Source: Octopus sinensis
Taxonomy: Eukaryota
DNA: 64,000 nucleotides
Direction: 5' to 3'
NCBI RefSeq assembly: GCF_006345805.1
Contig: NC_043017.1
Span: forward strand, 29,636,001 to 29,700,000
Shown piece by piece: positions 12,399-26,589 of the stretch (positions are counted from its first letter, which is position 1; each line of letters opens with the position of its first letter). Below the pieces are notes generated by a model that worked only from the letters and a program-made list of their open reading frames with translations, had not been told where the DNA came from and searched no databases. A program made the translations under genes and the position numbers.

Positions 12399-13664
12399 GT
12401 GTGTGTGTGTGTTGGTTATTGTTCCACACCATCGCATGGCGCCTGGTGTTTGTGTGTTTATTTTAATTTTCCATTACATTACTCTCTATATCACAACTAG
12501 TAACACTTCTATACACAATGGCCAAGAAATCACTATCTTCCAGGCTAACTAGACAATCTACATGAAGCTCTAATTCACACAGAAGCAGCTGTACAATTAA
12601 CGGTACACCATTGCTACACATACATACATACATATATATTTCAACATATGTGTGTCTGCTTATGCGCGCGTTTGTCTGTATGCAACATTTTGTGTCTATA
12701 TTTAAGCAGGTTTCCTCTTCATATGCTTCTATATGCTTCTACATATGTTTATGTGTGTGTGCGTTATTCTGTATATTTCTAATTGAACGTTTGTTTTTAC
12801 GCACGCAAGCAGGAATGTGTGTTTTTACTGTACAAGATTAATTGATCTAATCCCACATAATAATGCTGCAAGACCGACGAGTGCTGTATATTAACTACCA
12901 TGCATCAGTGAAATAAAGTGAATGTATAAAATAAACATTACCTCTATCCTTTGATACGTTGCTTAATGCTAGTCTTTTGAACTAAAGATATTTGGAGATT
13001 TTCATAAATTATAATTATCTCAAAAGGCAGCAAATTTCACACCTACCCGTCTAAAAGTATTTAAACTAAAGATAATTTGAACATGTGCAATACAGGTTTC
13101 TTTATTGGTGCAATTATTCTGTCAGCATTACCAGATGCTTGAATATCAACAATATGGAGTTTTAAGTGGCTTCATTTTGATACTGCAACCGTGATTGCAT
13201 AATCTGTCTTAGTTAACATAGTTTTGGCGTCTGTGAATTTTCATTATTATCGTTTGCTGGGATTCGTCTTTCGGTTTCATTACTAATGGCGGCTATTTCT
13301 TGAATCTATCAAACAGCTGAAATTACCATCCCTGTTTATCGATATTTACGTCCCGCCCATGTCTGTTAGACTATCTGTAGTTCTGACAATATTTTATCTT
13401 GCAAACAAAATTGGGTAAAACGTGTAGGAACTGCTTACTAATATCCTCGTTGTTGTACTATGTTTATATAACAACTATGATTGTATAAAATAGTAGATAC
13501 AAAGAAGACAGATTCCACCTGCTAGATCTAGACAAGAAATTCAACGTGGTGGCTCGACGTGAAACAAAAAAATCTTAATTAAAGCCGAGCTATAGGGTTG
13601 TGAGTAAGTCGAGACGGATTAGGTTAATGCATTCCTCTGACATTGCAATGGACCAGTATTTAAA

Positions 13665-14064
13665 GCTGGCAGAAACGTTAGCACGCCGGGCGAAATGCTT
13701 AGCAGTATTTCGTCTGCCCTTACGTTGTGAGTTCAAATTCCGCCGAGGTCGACTTTGCCTTTCATCCTTTCGAGGTCGATAAATTAAGTACCAGTTACAC
13801 ACTGGGGTTGATGTAATCGACTTAATACCTATGTCTGTCCTTGTTTGTCCCCTCTATGTTTAGCCCCTTGTGGGTAATAAAGACATAGGCATGTTTTCTG
13901 CCGCTTCGTTGTGAGTTCAAATTCCGCCGTGGTCGACTTTGCCTTTCATCCTTTCGGGGTCGATAAATTAAGTACCAGTTACGCACTGGGGTTGATGTAA
14001 TAGACTTAACACCTATGTCTGTCCTTGTTTGTCCCCTCTATGTTTAGCCCCTTGTGGCTAATAA
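13665..14064 (+). mobile_element. SINE family B, dimeric
   Basis: gctggcagaaacgttagcacgccgggcgaaatgc head, body twice; TSD agtatttaaa at 13655-13664 and 14065-14074. Confidence 0.9.
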
Positions 14065-14209
14065 AGTATTTAAATTCAAGCAGTATTTAAAGTCAAGTCA
14101 TCTTGATTGCATCACAGGATCAAATCTTTCCTATGAGAATGAACCAAAGGCTTGCAATGAAGCAGAAAACATTATATAACTGAAGTACAGATTGAAGCTC
14201 TTGAGTATT

Positions 14210-14400
14210 ACCATCCATCCATCCATCCATCCCTTTTCGCCGCACCTATTCCTAGAATGGTCCTAAGTTCTCAGGCACCTCTTCTATAGGATTCCAGTAG
14301 AAGCTACCTCATTCACAGGTTCTGCTGGATTCCCATGCGTAACCAGCTGAGACTACAGTTGTTACCCAACCATCACACTCGCGGCCTCCCCTTACTTTTT
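14210..14400 (-). mobile_element. Probable Rex3/Expander-like (RTE clade) LINE 3' remnant
   Basis: Minus strand 'gggaggccgcgagtgtgatgg' (GRPR..W) followed by a (GATG)n tail. Confidence 0.45.
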
Positions 14401-15229
14401 ACGTTGATTTGCACGGCTTCAAGTATCTGTTTTACGTTCCTTTCTTGCGGCGTTCTATCAAAGTGTATATGTTCATGTGTGCATGCATGCGTGCTTGTGT
14501 GTGTGTGTATGTAGGGAATGGAGTGGGTAAATACATATTACATATGTTTCCATGTAAAGCTGGCCTGAAGTTATATAACAATTTATAATCACATGAAATT
14601 CACTGGGTAGAACACTTAACCACAATGCTTCTGGCTGCGTACATTAACACAAGTAAGTACTCATCTACTATCAAGATAATATTAGGCTTCCACGTGCACA
14701 AGTCTTGTCAGCATCCTAAAACACCATCAGAAAACTGGTTTTATTCACCTACATCGCAAAGGTTTCAGAGAATGTAAAAGTAACTAAGGGAATCTGTACA
14801 CATGGTAAACAACTGAATATCGTTGCTAAGGACCACCAGTAATAGAAATAAATCCTAATCGAAAGACCAGGTGTGAGGTACGAAAATATTTCTCTAAGAG
14901 AAATGGAGAAATTATCCAAATATAAAAGATCTGGAAAATAGACAAAATAAATTAATGGAATGTGAGAGGCTGTAAAGAGATGCCGTAACTGTAATAACAC
15001 CGTCCTCTAAAATAATTAAGAATATTGTAGTAAAAAGCATAAACGAAATCTCGGGACATCGAAATGCAGAAAAATTATACAGAAAAGAAGCAATTATAAT
15101 TGGTGCTGCACCTCTATTGCTTAAGATATTGCCCATGCAACGGAAAATATAAGAAGGAAGCAAAGAACTTCACCAAAACATGCACTCCGTTTTGCAGTGA
15201 AAGCACTTATAAATGTAAGACTATTCAAT

Positions 15230-15230
15230 A

Positions 15231-15268
<38 letters not shown>

Positions 15269-15420
15269 TAATAATAATAATTATAAAAATAATAAAAATA
15301 ATAATAATCTATGACTACCACAGAACCGATGATAATGAGGGGGGTGAGAAGGACGATAATGTGTTGTTGTTGATGATGATGATGATGAAGTTGATGATGA
15401 TGATGAAGTTGATGATATAT
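15230..15420. repeat. (TAA)n and (GAT)n microsatellites
   Basis: Direct reading. Confidence 0.9.
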
Positions 15421-16189
15421 TGTGTATCTAAAAGAATAGAATAGAAATGTTACTGTCTTACAGTCAATAAGTGTAATCATGTTGAATATTATTTATTCTC
15501 GAGCAATCGGTTCTTTTAAAAGAAAATTAATGATTAATAAATTCTAATATTCTCTTTTCTGGCTCTTTGCTACATATTCGACAAAGCAATCACGCTAATA
15601 AAACGTAGCAATATTAGTACTAAGAAGAATGCAATAGATTTTGCTAATATATTTGCATATTCTGTATATTTATCTCTATGTTTTATTTTTGTGCGTCTAT
15701 TAGTGTTTGCGTACGCGCATGTGTACTTGAATGCGGAAGCGATTCTACTGAGAGATAAGAACAACGTAATCCATGAAACATTAAAAAAAAAAATGCTTCC
15801 TTGCTTTTTATTTAAGGACATTTTACATTCTGTGATTTAGATTAATTCTATATATTTACTTAAAGATTATTTCATCAAAATATGGTTAACATCTGTTAAA
15901 TGTATGCTTCGCTGATGATGTCACGATACACTAAAAGATATTTAGAGTTGTCACCCCTCCTTTGAATAACTAACGTTTTCTTATTTTCTCACAGTAATAA
16001 TTCTTTTTACATTCATATTTTCTCATAAAGTATGTTAAATATAAGTGAAATTTATAAAAGTAACGTAAACTGAATATTTAAGATTTTAGGATTACAAGCA
16101 GAAAAAATTCTCAATGTATTTGAAACTGGTTAAGAATTAATATGACATAAGACAACAGATTTTAATTCAATATATATATATATATATAT

Positions 16190-16620
16190 ATTTCTTTACT
16201 ACCCAGAAGGGGCTAAACACAGTGGGGACAAACAAGGGCAGACATAGGTATTAAGTCGATTACATCGACCCCAGTGTGTAACTGGTACTTAATTTATCGA
16301 CCCTGAAATGATGAAAGGCAAAGTCGACCTCGGCGGAATTTGAACCCAGAACGTAACGGCAGACGAAATACCTATTTCGTTACTACCCACAAGGGGCTAA
16401 ACACAGAGAGGACAAACAAGAAAAGACAAACGGATGAAGTCGATTATATCGACCCCAGTACGAAAGTGGTACTTAATTTATCGACCCCGAAAGGATGAAA
16501 GGAAAGTTGACCTCGGCAGAGGAAATACCGCTAAGCATTTCGCCCGGCGTGCTAACCATTCTGCCAGTTCACCGCTAAGCATTTCCCCTGGCGTGCTAAC
16601 GTTTCTGCCAGCTTGCCGCC
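16190..16620 (-). mobile_element. SINE family B, dimeric, with a locally duplicated head and an internal deletion
   Basis: Same dimer junction as the 8540 copy; 'ccgctaagcatttc...gcgtgctaac...ttctgccag' twice at ~16528-16610. Confidence 0.85.
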
Positions 16621-17098
16621 AGTATAGCACCACTAATATACCAACATATATTACTGGTGCTATTTCACCCATCGACAATAATGTCAGTATAGGTATCGAT
16701 TTGTAACGTCAATAGCAATGTACGTTACAACCACATTTTACACTGTATTTCGCCTTGACAGTTTGCTTCCACAAGTAACTAGGTGTGCTTAAGGTTTTCA
16801 AAATATATACTAAAGCATTAAGAAAATACACCCTGTTAACCGTGCTGCTTGAAAAATGAATTATAAATTTGCTTTACTAATGCATGATGAGTAATCCACG
16901 TACAAGTCTCATGATATTTCAAAAATATTAAATTCCCCTATGAAGGAGAAAACTAAAAGATCTGATTTTCCCGTGAGCTATAGAGTCAAAGACTGAACGC
17001 TGTTGCTTTAATCTTTCTCATTCTTCACCTTATTGAAGAATGTCGAGCAGCAGGAATAATTGACTTTGCCCTCCTCAGATTTATTTGTATGTGAAATA

Positions 17099-17473
17099 TC
17101 TCTCTATATATAAACGGCAGTTTGTCTGTGCGTGTTTCTGTGTGTCTGTTTTCTCGTACCCTCACCCTGACCATGGCTTTCAACCGATTCTGATGAAACT
17201 TGACACACACATAGCCCAATGTCATAATTCAAAACTAACGCAGCGAAAATTTTGAAAAGTTGCCCCAGTTCTGAAAAAAATCGATAAATTCGACATGGGG
17301 TCGAGAATAAAAAAAAAAAAACCACAGACTGTCTAGGGGACGCAACTCAACCTTTTTTACTCTCAAAAAAAAATTTACCATCATTTTTTTTCCATTTTTT
17401 TGCTATAACTCTCTAAAAATGCTTTATAGCTATTTCCCTTACAAACCTGAGCAACGCCGGGCGATACTGCTAG
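17099..17473 (+). mobile_element. Non-autonomous Helitron, subfamily H1
   Basis: A|TCTCTCTATATATAAACGGC...cctgagcaacgccggg hairpin...CTAG|T; no TSD. Confidence 0.88.
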
Positions 17474-18019
17474 TAGTTATATGAATTCCGGATAATTTTC
17501 GATAATTTGCTTAAAGGGGTGTACTTGCAAACTAGTGGGGGAGGGGTATTCTATTTCTTTATTCACTCAGAAATATTGTAATCAACCAATTCCGAAGATG
17601 GTACAAGTAAACAAATGAAAAACCCAAAATATGATTATTTAAAATTTACTTGTTTTTTTGTTATTTTCTTGGAGAAGTGATTTTCTATGCTCTATACTAA
17701 TTTGCATAATTACCCTAAATGAATTATTTTCCTAATCAGTGTCATTTTCTAATGAGTATTGCACTGCTTAAAGGTATACAATATTCATTACATATTTTCC
17801 CCTTGAACAAATTTCCCATTAAAGTTAGACTCTGTGACCCCCACTTTTGGAAATTTGTGGTCTTATATGATATTTCATGTATATCGGTGCAGAAACATGG
17901 CCTACATACACACAAGCAGGTATGCTGCTAAGTGCTGTCTGGTAGGCATGTAGGTTAGTTGGCTAGCGGGTAGGCGGACAAGCAGCAAATATATGTTTAT
18001 ACAGACATTCATTTTCATA

Positions 18020-18403
18020 TCTCTCTCTATATAAACGGCAGTTTGTCTGTGCGTTTTCTGTGTGTCTGTTTTCTCGTACCCTCACTCTAACCACGGCTTT
18101 CAACCGTTTCTGATGAAACTTGACACACACATAGCCCAATGTCATAATTCAAAACTAACGCAGCGAAAATTTTGAAAAGTTCCCCCAGTTCTGAAAAAAA
18201 TCGATAAATTCGACATGGGGTCGAGAATCAGAAACCCAAACCACAGACCGTCTAGAGGACGCAACTCCACCTTTTTTAACTCTCAAAAAAAATTTACCAT
18301 CATTTTTTTTCCATTTTTTTGCTATTTTTTGGCTATAACTCTCTAAAAATGCTTTATAGTTATTTCCCTTACAAACCTGAGCAACGCCGGGCGATACTGC
18401 TAG
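18020..18403 (+). mobile_element. Non-autonomous Helitron, subfamily H1
   Basis: Near-identical to the 17099 copy; A|TC ... CTAG|T termini. Confidence 0.88.
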
Positions 18404-18610
18404 TATCTGATATTTTGTATTCTGTATCTTTGTGAAGCATCCCACATGTCTGAATTTTCTATAAATACTAATAAAAAACTTCTTAGTGTAAGGCTCTCAA
18501 AACCCTGTTATTGGAAAACATTATCAGGGGTACTTATTTAAATGGTACTGTATGAGTCTCTGCTCCATTCGTTAACATGTTGAGAGATTCAAGATTGTTT
18601 GTGCAGGGGC

Positions 18611-18870
<260 letters not shown>

Positions 18871-18889
18871 GTAGGTTTGCGAATGTACA

Positions 18890-19052
18890 TATCTTGGTGG
18901 TCAGAGTATTCGGCAGAAGATGGTAAGGTCGTTAGCTCAATTCTTAGCGACTCGCTTTTTCCTTGCGCAAGATACCTTGCCTGACATTGTTCCAGTCCAT
19001 TCGGTTAGTAAGAATGAGTAGCACCTGTATTTTGAAGAGCCAGCCTTGGCGA
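18890..19052 (+). mobile_element. Old degenerate SINE family E (tail type of the 51559 copy)
   Basis: 'ccttgcgcaagatac...ttccagtccattc...aatgagt...ctgtattttgaagagccagccttg' parallels the 51559 element. Confidence 0.6.
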
Positions 19053-20569
19053 TGATCTGGCTATATCTGCGACCACAAGGACCAGTCTGTAGTGCTGGAG
19101 TCAAATGGCTATACAGCTAAACTATATGATGAAATCCAGAATGACATGATTGTAGATGGATCAAAGTCCTTTACGCAACCATGCCAGCATCCATTTCCCG
19201 ATATTTATAATTTGTAGGAAACTATTAATTTCAAGCGTAACTGGTTTTGACAAGTACTTTCACATTTGGTTGATACGGAAAGCGATTTTGCTTGAATTTC
19301 CAGTCTGTTGCTAAGGACAAAATATACCATTATACGATGTTATAACGTGAAAATAGACATGACATTTTATGGCATGTACTAAATATGTTACACGATACAG
19401 ACCCGGAAACAATTATCCGATCCATGCCATTCCTGACTGATTTGGAGATCAAGGGGAAAACGATCAGATATAATAACCATTAGTAGAACGGAATTGGTGA
19501 ATGTTGATGGCAATCTCGTTTTCTTCTAAGCAATAAATCGTATGACAGGTAGTGAAGAACCTCTCAAAATACAGATATAGTGAGAGACAAAAAGACCATG
19601 ATGATAGGCAGGAAAAATACAACAATAAAAGATAAGCGGAGTACTAGATTTGATAGGAAAAATATGGCATAAAACAGAAGATCGATCGGGGACATACAGT
19701 GTACTGCAATGTTTAGCCTAATTCCTATGTATAGCCTGATTCCTAACGAAGAAAATTTCTATTTAAAGGATGACTTATACAGATAACAATGCATTGAAAT
19801 GAAGGCAATTCACAGGAAGCATAAAATTCACAGCCAACACGGAATAAAATAATGCATGAGAACTATACTAATAATATACGGAATTATATCAAAAATTCGC
19901 AGAAGGCATAACGTTGCTGATTCTATCCCTTTATGATGTACAAATAACGCATTCAGCATCCAGCACTGAAGCGCATAACAATCAGACAGCGTGTACGGAA
20001 TATATTCACCAAATAAAATAAGAACAATAAAAACTATTCTATATTATACAACACATCAAACACAAAAAATTACACCGCAACAACATATCTGACGCAACTT
20101 CATTGCAGAAATCATTGAGAATGGAAGCAGCGGTTCCTGTTGTAAAGAAAGCGAACTGTACACTGCTTAAGGTCACGGAGGTGCACTTACTGGTGCTGGA
20201 AAAACGCATAGAATTGTTGAGTACTGATATAAATAATAATAGTAAACATACTAGTCTAGTAGTAGTAGTAGTAGAAGTAGTAGAAGTAGCAGCAGCCCAA
20301 GTAGTAGCAGTAGTAGTAGTAGTGGCAGCAGCAGCAGTAGTAGTAGAATAGAAGTGTTGATGAATTTGATGATGGATATTCAGGAGGAAAAAAATGATGA
20401 TGTTGATGACGAAGACGACGACGATGACGCTGATGATTGTGAATATAAAAGAAGTTTGAATTACGCGTTCTATGGCAATGAATATGCGCAAAATCCTTAC
20501 ACCACACAGATAGACAGACAGACACATACAGAATAGTGGGTAGATGTGTGTGTACGTCTGTGTATGTGC

Positions 20570-20576
20570 ATAAATA

Positions 20577-20624
<48 letters not shown>

Positions 20625-20954
20625 GATATATATATATATATAATATACATTAAAGTATGTATCTAGAATAAAGTCATATATAGGCATATATATTCATATA
20701 TATATATACATGTATATATATATATACATGTATATATATATATACATATATATACATGTATATATATATATACATATATATACATATATATACATATATA
20801 TACATATATATACTATATATACATATATATACATATATATACATATATACACATATATATATATATATACATATATATACATATATATACATATATATAT
20901 ACATATACATATATATATACATATACATATACATATATACATATACATATATAC

Positions 20955-20990
<36 letters not shown>
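20570..20990. repeat. Compound (TA)n/(TACATATA)n microsatellite
   Basis: Direct reading. Confidence 0.95.
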
Positions 20991-20992
<2 letters not shown>

Positions 20993-21496
20993 CATGTATA
21001 AACACATGAGATACGATTTGTTACAATATGAAAAATATAATTTATTGTTGAGTGATTTTTTCTCAAAGCGTTATTGCTCAGAGCAACGAGCAGTGCATTA
21101 ATATTTAATGGAATTCATCAGAAGTTTCAAATTGTTATCTATACTTTAGTAAAGAAGGAGATGAAGAGAAAGAACACTCGAACATTACACACATGTATAC
21201 ATGTTTCTATGTTCTGCCTTAGTGGAAGACTCACGTAAACAATAGACACAGAAATGCTTTCAGGAACGCAAACATGTAGACACAGGAACACATAGACATG
21301 CACATATACACACAGGCATCACAGATAAATACACGCGCACATAATATTGAAACACAAACATACACACACGAATATACATGTTATAAGTTTCGGACACGTA
21401 TACGCAAACACTATTGAATTTCCTATAGATACTTGTGTGTGTCTGTGTGTTTATCTGTGTATGTATATAAATATATATGTGCGTGTGTGATTGTTT

Positions 21497-21533
<37 letters not shown>

Positions 21534-21534
21534 T

Positions 21535-21642
21535 ATATGTATAACTTTATATTTATGCCGTTCGTTCTCTTCGATTATATATATACCTATATATATATGT
21601 ATATCTTTATATTTATGCCGTTCGTTCTCTTAGATTATATAT

Positions 21643-21645
<3 letters not shown>
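21535..21645. repeat. 60-bp tandem duplication inside (TA)n
   Basis: 'ctttatatttatgccgttcgttctctt[c/a]gattatatata' at ~21545 and ~21605. Confidence 0.9.
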
Positions 21646-21706
<61 letters not shown>

Positions 21707-22119
21707 TCTGTAATTATCAAGTCTTCATACACGAGCTTTTATTCAGCTTACATTAATATGACAGAATACGTATCATGTTCAATCGTAACAGAAAAAAATT
21801 ATAATTTGCCGTCTACTGTAATTGGTTTTCAAACACAGATTTCATGTGTATGTAAAGATATTTAATATATATATTAACAGAAACAATATAAAGAAGTGAT
21901 AAATATGATTTTGAGCAAGATTTTGTGCGTGTCTGTCGTCGTATGTCTGTCAGTCTATCCATCCATTCATCAATCCCTCTATCCATCAATCCATCCATCT
22001 ATCCATCCATCCGAGAATCTACATCTCTGTCTGATGCTCTCACTCTCTCTTGCTCTGCTTCTATCTATCTATCTATTTATGTCTATATTTATCTATTTGT
22101 GTCTATATTTATCTGTGTA

Positions 22120-22252
22120 TCATTATATTCCTTTCTGTTGAAGAGCGTAGGCTGGGAACGTAAAAGACTTTCTCACTTTCCAGAGTATCAAACTAATACA
22201 CCCGCTTGTTGTTCATACACCTGTCTTCGTCTTTTGTTTTTCTGCAACTTTC

Positions 22253-22258
<6 letters not shown>
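22120..22258 (+). mobile_element. Penelope-like terminal-repeat fragment (family F1) with a mutated hammerhead-like motif
   Basis: Related copies at 36128-36305 and 63240-63392; abuts (TA)n; cttt-CTGTTGA-A-GAGC-gtag-GCT motif. Confidence 0.55.
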
Positions 22259-22300
<42 letters not shown>

Positions 22301-22489
22301 GTATATATATGCATATATATATATATATGCACATATATGCATGTATATAGATATAGCTATATATAAGTATATATAAATACATGAATATATGTGTATATAT
22401 ATGTGTGTGTATATATATATATATATATATACATAGATATATATATATATGCATATATATATATGCGTGCATATATATATATGCATATA

Positions 22490-22682
22490 TAAAGTTAATA
22501 CAAACATGAAAGCACAAAAAAACACAACAATGCGAGGACGTGGAACTAATATAGTATTATTGGACGCTCAGGAAAGAAGGAAGGTTTAACGTTTCGAGCG
22601 GAGCTCTTCGTCGGAAACATAGAAGGAAAGATCCAGAGAAGGGAAGACAGAGAATAAAAATCGCCATAAATACGCGGTCAGA
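22490..22682 (-). mobile_element. Penelope-like terminal-repeat fragment (family F2) with a minimal hammerhead-like motif
   Basis: Layout like F1; minus strand GTTT-CCGACGA-A-GAGC-tcc-GCTC-GAAA-CG-T-T-AAAC. Confidence 0.55.
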
Positions 22683-22940
22683 AATACATGCATATATGCA
22701 TATGCTTGTATGTGTCTGCGTATGTGAATGTTAGGTCTTGGTAGGGTATAAAGAGTAAACAAGAGAGACAGAGAGAGGTAGAAACAAGCAAAATATTCCT
22801 TGTACTTGAATACTGTGCGAATATTCTTTTTAAAAACTTTTCCATTAATTTTTTTTTGCAAAATTTAATTATTTTCCATACTGAGAGTTGAAAATGTTTC
22901 AGTGACTGAAACCGATACTAAAATGCTTTTTATGATAAAA

Positions 22941-23324
22941 CTAGCAGTATCGCCCGGCGTTGCTCAGGTTTGTAAGGGAAATAACTATAAAGCATTTTTA
23001 GAGAATTATAGCCAAAAAATAGCAAAAAAATGGGAAAAAAATGATGGTAAATTTTTTTTGAGAGTTAAAAAAGGTGGAGTTGCGTCCCCTAGACGGTCTG
23101 TGGTTTGGGTTTCTGATTCTCGACCCCATGTCGAATTTATCGATTTTTTTCAGAACTGGGGGAACTTTTCAAAATTTTCGCTGTGTTAGTTTTGAATTAT
23201 GACATTGGGCTATGTGTGTGTCAAGTTTCATCAGAATCGGTTGAAAGCCGTGGTCAGAGTGAGGGTACGAGAAAACAGACACACAGAAAACGCACAGACA
23301 AACTGCCGTTTATATATAGAGAGA
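22941..23324 (-). mobile_element. Non-autonomous Helitron, subfamily H1
   Basis: Reverse complement of the 18020 copy with intact termini. Confidence 0.88.
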
Positions 23325-25533
23325 TTACTTTAGCATTTTCTACCTTGACTCACACACATACATATATATAGGTGTGTGTGTATATATGTGTGTGCATATA
23401 TATATGTATGCGTGTATGTATTAGGTCGAATCGAAATTGTTTGTAGTATTTGTATTGAGCGGGAACTAATATTTGATAGGCAATGTTTCATATAAATGAA
23501 AATATATTAATAAATGTTTAGCATTTGGAAAATTAGAAGTGGATTAATTTATGAATAAATCTTAATAAATAGCTGAGACCAGATATGAAAATATGAAAAC
23601 TTGGAATAAGATACAATAGAGTTTGATGAGGAAGTAAAATAAGAATGTACACAGGATCCTCGTTTGCGGCGATACTTGTCCGTACCCTTCCGAACTATGA
23701 ACTTGTATCACAGAACCTCTGGGGGATAAAGCTGTAATATACGGAGATATAAAAACAGAGTGCTCTACCAGCAAAGCAGTGCCCCAGCATCGGGCATCGA
23801 TGAGTGTTATTCCTTTATTTATATCAAATGAAGGATTTGGTCGTTGTTCCTGTTTGATACACTACGATGTTTCGCATGATTTACGGTTTCATTTTCGTTG
23901 CTTGATAAATCAGTAAATTTTATTGATTTAATTTGCCTGTTCTAATCGTTAGATGAGGCAGTTAATTACTATGTACCTGCTCGTGGTAGGAGAGCCATTA
24001 TAGTAATTCCTAAATAACTGAAATTAATTTTGTTCATAAATATGCAGGAATTATAAATAGATATATAAATAAATATACATATATCTATTTATGTCTGTAT
24101 ATATGTATTTATGTCTGTATATATGTTTATATATATATATTTATAAGTTATATAAATGTGTATATTCATATGTACTTGCCTGTATGTTTCTGCTTGTGTG
24201 CCTTGAGTGTATATGTGTGAATCTATGTATTTATGTATATACATATATATATGTGTGTGTGTGTGTGTGTGTATGTTCATGTTAGCGTACATATATATAT
24301 AAATGTATATATGCTTGTATATATACAACAACATTAATATTTCGCTCGGGCATTGCAAGATTAATAACCTGGTGTAGAACTCAATATAATCGACAAACGA
24401 TTCAGAGCGGTAATAAGAATATTTCTCCGACGAAGCCTTGCTATTGCTCAGGCGTGCAGAAACAGCTGTAAGCTAATGAATTTCCTAAGATTATCGTTTA
24501 TTCCTCTGTTATTTCATTTTCTTTCACGAGCATTTATATGCATAGATAAACAGAAATACATATAGTACCACATATGTTTTTTCATATAATTAAATTTATT
24601 ACCTGTAATTCCCTACATGGGTAGGAGGTTAGCGCTTGCGTGAGAGCACGGATATTTCAAAAGATATATCGAAAGTTATTTCGCGATTAGAAAATATCTC
24701 TCGGCATTTTACACAAACTTGATACTTCTTAATCATAATAAAATGGAATTTCTTCTTTGATATTTTCTGCTATTCTTTCATAGGGTTAATAAACATGTCC
24801 AAGTTAGACCTCTCCTTCTTCATGAACACTGAAATGAAACCGCCTTTGCTTATTCAAATCCTAAGGAAATATAATGTAATTCTACAATAGAAGTCACATA
24901 AATAAGATCATTACTTCAGAAGGAAAATTAATGAGGCGGTGTACATAACATATTTTAGATAGAGTTCAACCGATTGTTGTTCCTGGTTAAATTTCTGCGA
25001 AGTTTTAAACGTCTTGGATCGTACAATTAATGTAGCCGTCTGTTATATAAAAGTTGAAGGTTTCTTTCCACTTCGGGATAAAAAGACATCATTCATCTTA
25101 GTGTAAATCAGTGGGTGATGTTTGGTAGTATTTAAGTCTACTTTGAACGAAGTTAGTGACCCGTTTTGAATTCCTCGTTAAAATTACATTCATTTATCTT
25201 CTCAAAGTCTTTAAACTTTTGATTCCGAGTCTATTTACATCATTTCACTATAGTACATTAAAAGTCCATTGTTCTCCTTCATTTGTTTTGTAATAAACTA
25301 AAATTAACATTTACCTTTATTTACTATGTTGGCATACGTGTAAAGAACGAGCTAGTAAGAAAGCCACATTGCCCTCATATTGCTTCTCCTACAATATTCC
25401 AAAGCTAATCTAAAATAACACCCGGGATGGCAAAATATTCTGCAACAGACGCAAAATTATGTGGATGGTGAAGGCAAGATGGCCTTTCATCATTGAGTTG
25501 CACAATCATGGCTGACTCGGTGCTAAACGATAA

Positions 25534-25917
25534 TCTCTCTCTATATAAACGGCAGTTTGTCTGTGCGTTTTCTGTGTGTCTGTTTTCTCGTACCCTCACT
25601 CTGACCACGGCTTTCAACCGATCCTGATGAAACTTGACACACACACATAGCCCAATGTCATAATTCAAAACTAACGCAGCGAAAATTTTGAAAAGTTCCC
25701 CCAGTTCTGAAAAAAATCGATAAATTCGACATGGGGTCGAGAATCAGAAACCCAAACCACAGACCGTCTAGGGGACGCAACTCCACCTTTTTTAACTCTC
25801 AAAAAAATTTACCATCATTTTTTTCCATTTTTTTACTATTTTTTGGCTATAACTCTCTAAAAATGCTTTATAGTTATTTCCCTTACAAACCTGAGCAACG
25901 CCGGGCGATACTGCTAG
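25534..25917 (+). mobile_element. Non-autonomous Helitron, subfamily H1
   Basis: A|TC...CTAG|T, subterminal hairpin, near-identical to the other H1 copies. Confidence 0.88.
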
Positions 25918-26086
25918 TAAGAAATATAATCAATCGCAGACATATGAAAAGATTGATGTGAGCTTACAACCAATGGAAGGATATGACAGAGAGGTTTAAC
26001 TATTATTTCTAGAAAATTATACAACTACGTCAAGTTTTCTAAGGTGATATCGTGATATAAATCAATAAACTATCATGGATCATATA

Positions 26087-26279
26087 TATTTCTTTACTAC
26101 CCACAAGGGGCTAAACACAGAGGGGACAAACAAGGACCGACAAACGGATTAAGTCGATTACATCGACCCCAGTGCGTAACTGGTACTTAATTTATCGACC
26201 CCGAAAGGATGAAAGGCAAAGTCGACCTCGGCGGAATTTGAACCCAGAACGTAACGGCAGACGAAATACGGTGTAGAAT
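26087..26279 (-). mobile_element. SINE family B, 5'-truncated monomer with 16-bp TSD
   Basis: TSD tatcatggatcatata at 26071-26086 and 26280-26295. Confidence 0.9.
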
Positions 26280-26422
26280 TATCATGGATCATATAATAAC
26301 CTACAACAATTTTTAACGAATATGTAATATTACCTCAAATAGGTAGAGTGCGTGTCACACTATCACCTTATAATCAAATTACTCTTAAAACAAACGACTA
26401 ATTTACTTGTGGTTTGACAGAT

Positions 26423-26557
26423 ATTCTCTAGAACAATACTCTAAAAAACCAAATATGTGGAACCGTAGCAATAACACTAAATTCTAACTTGTTGTCTCTT
26501 GAGGTCTCTGGGGTGAGACTTCGAGGGAATTTGTACAAATACAAAGAAAAGCCAAAC
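26423..26557 (+). mobile_element. Isolated 3'-UTR fragment of the R4/Dong-like LINE
   Basis: 'tctagaacaatact...taacttgttgtctcttgaggtctctggg...aatacaa...aaaag.caaac' matches 27631-27770. Confidence 0.75.
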
Positions 26558-26589
26558 GTGATAGAAACATCTAACGTTAACCTTGACTA

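Noticed and set aside
17189-17200. 'ctgatgaaac' in Helitron H1 as a hammerhead core
   Set aside because: No stem II between CUGAUGA and GAAA, and no stems I/III
20354-20536. Short acidic ORF (DDVDDEDDDDD)
   Set aside because: GAT/GAC microsatellite; no other coding evidence
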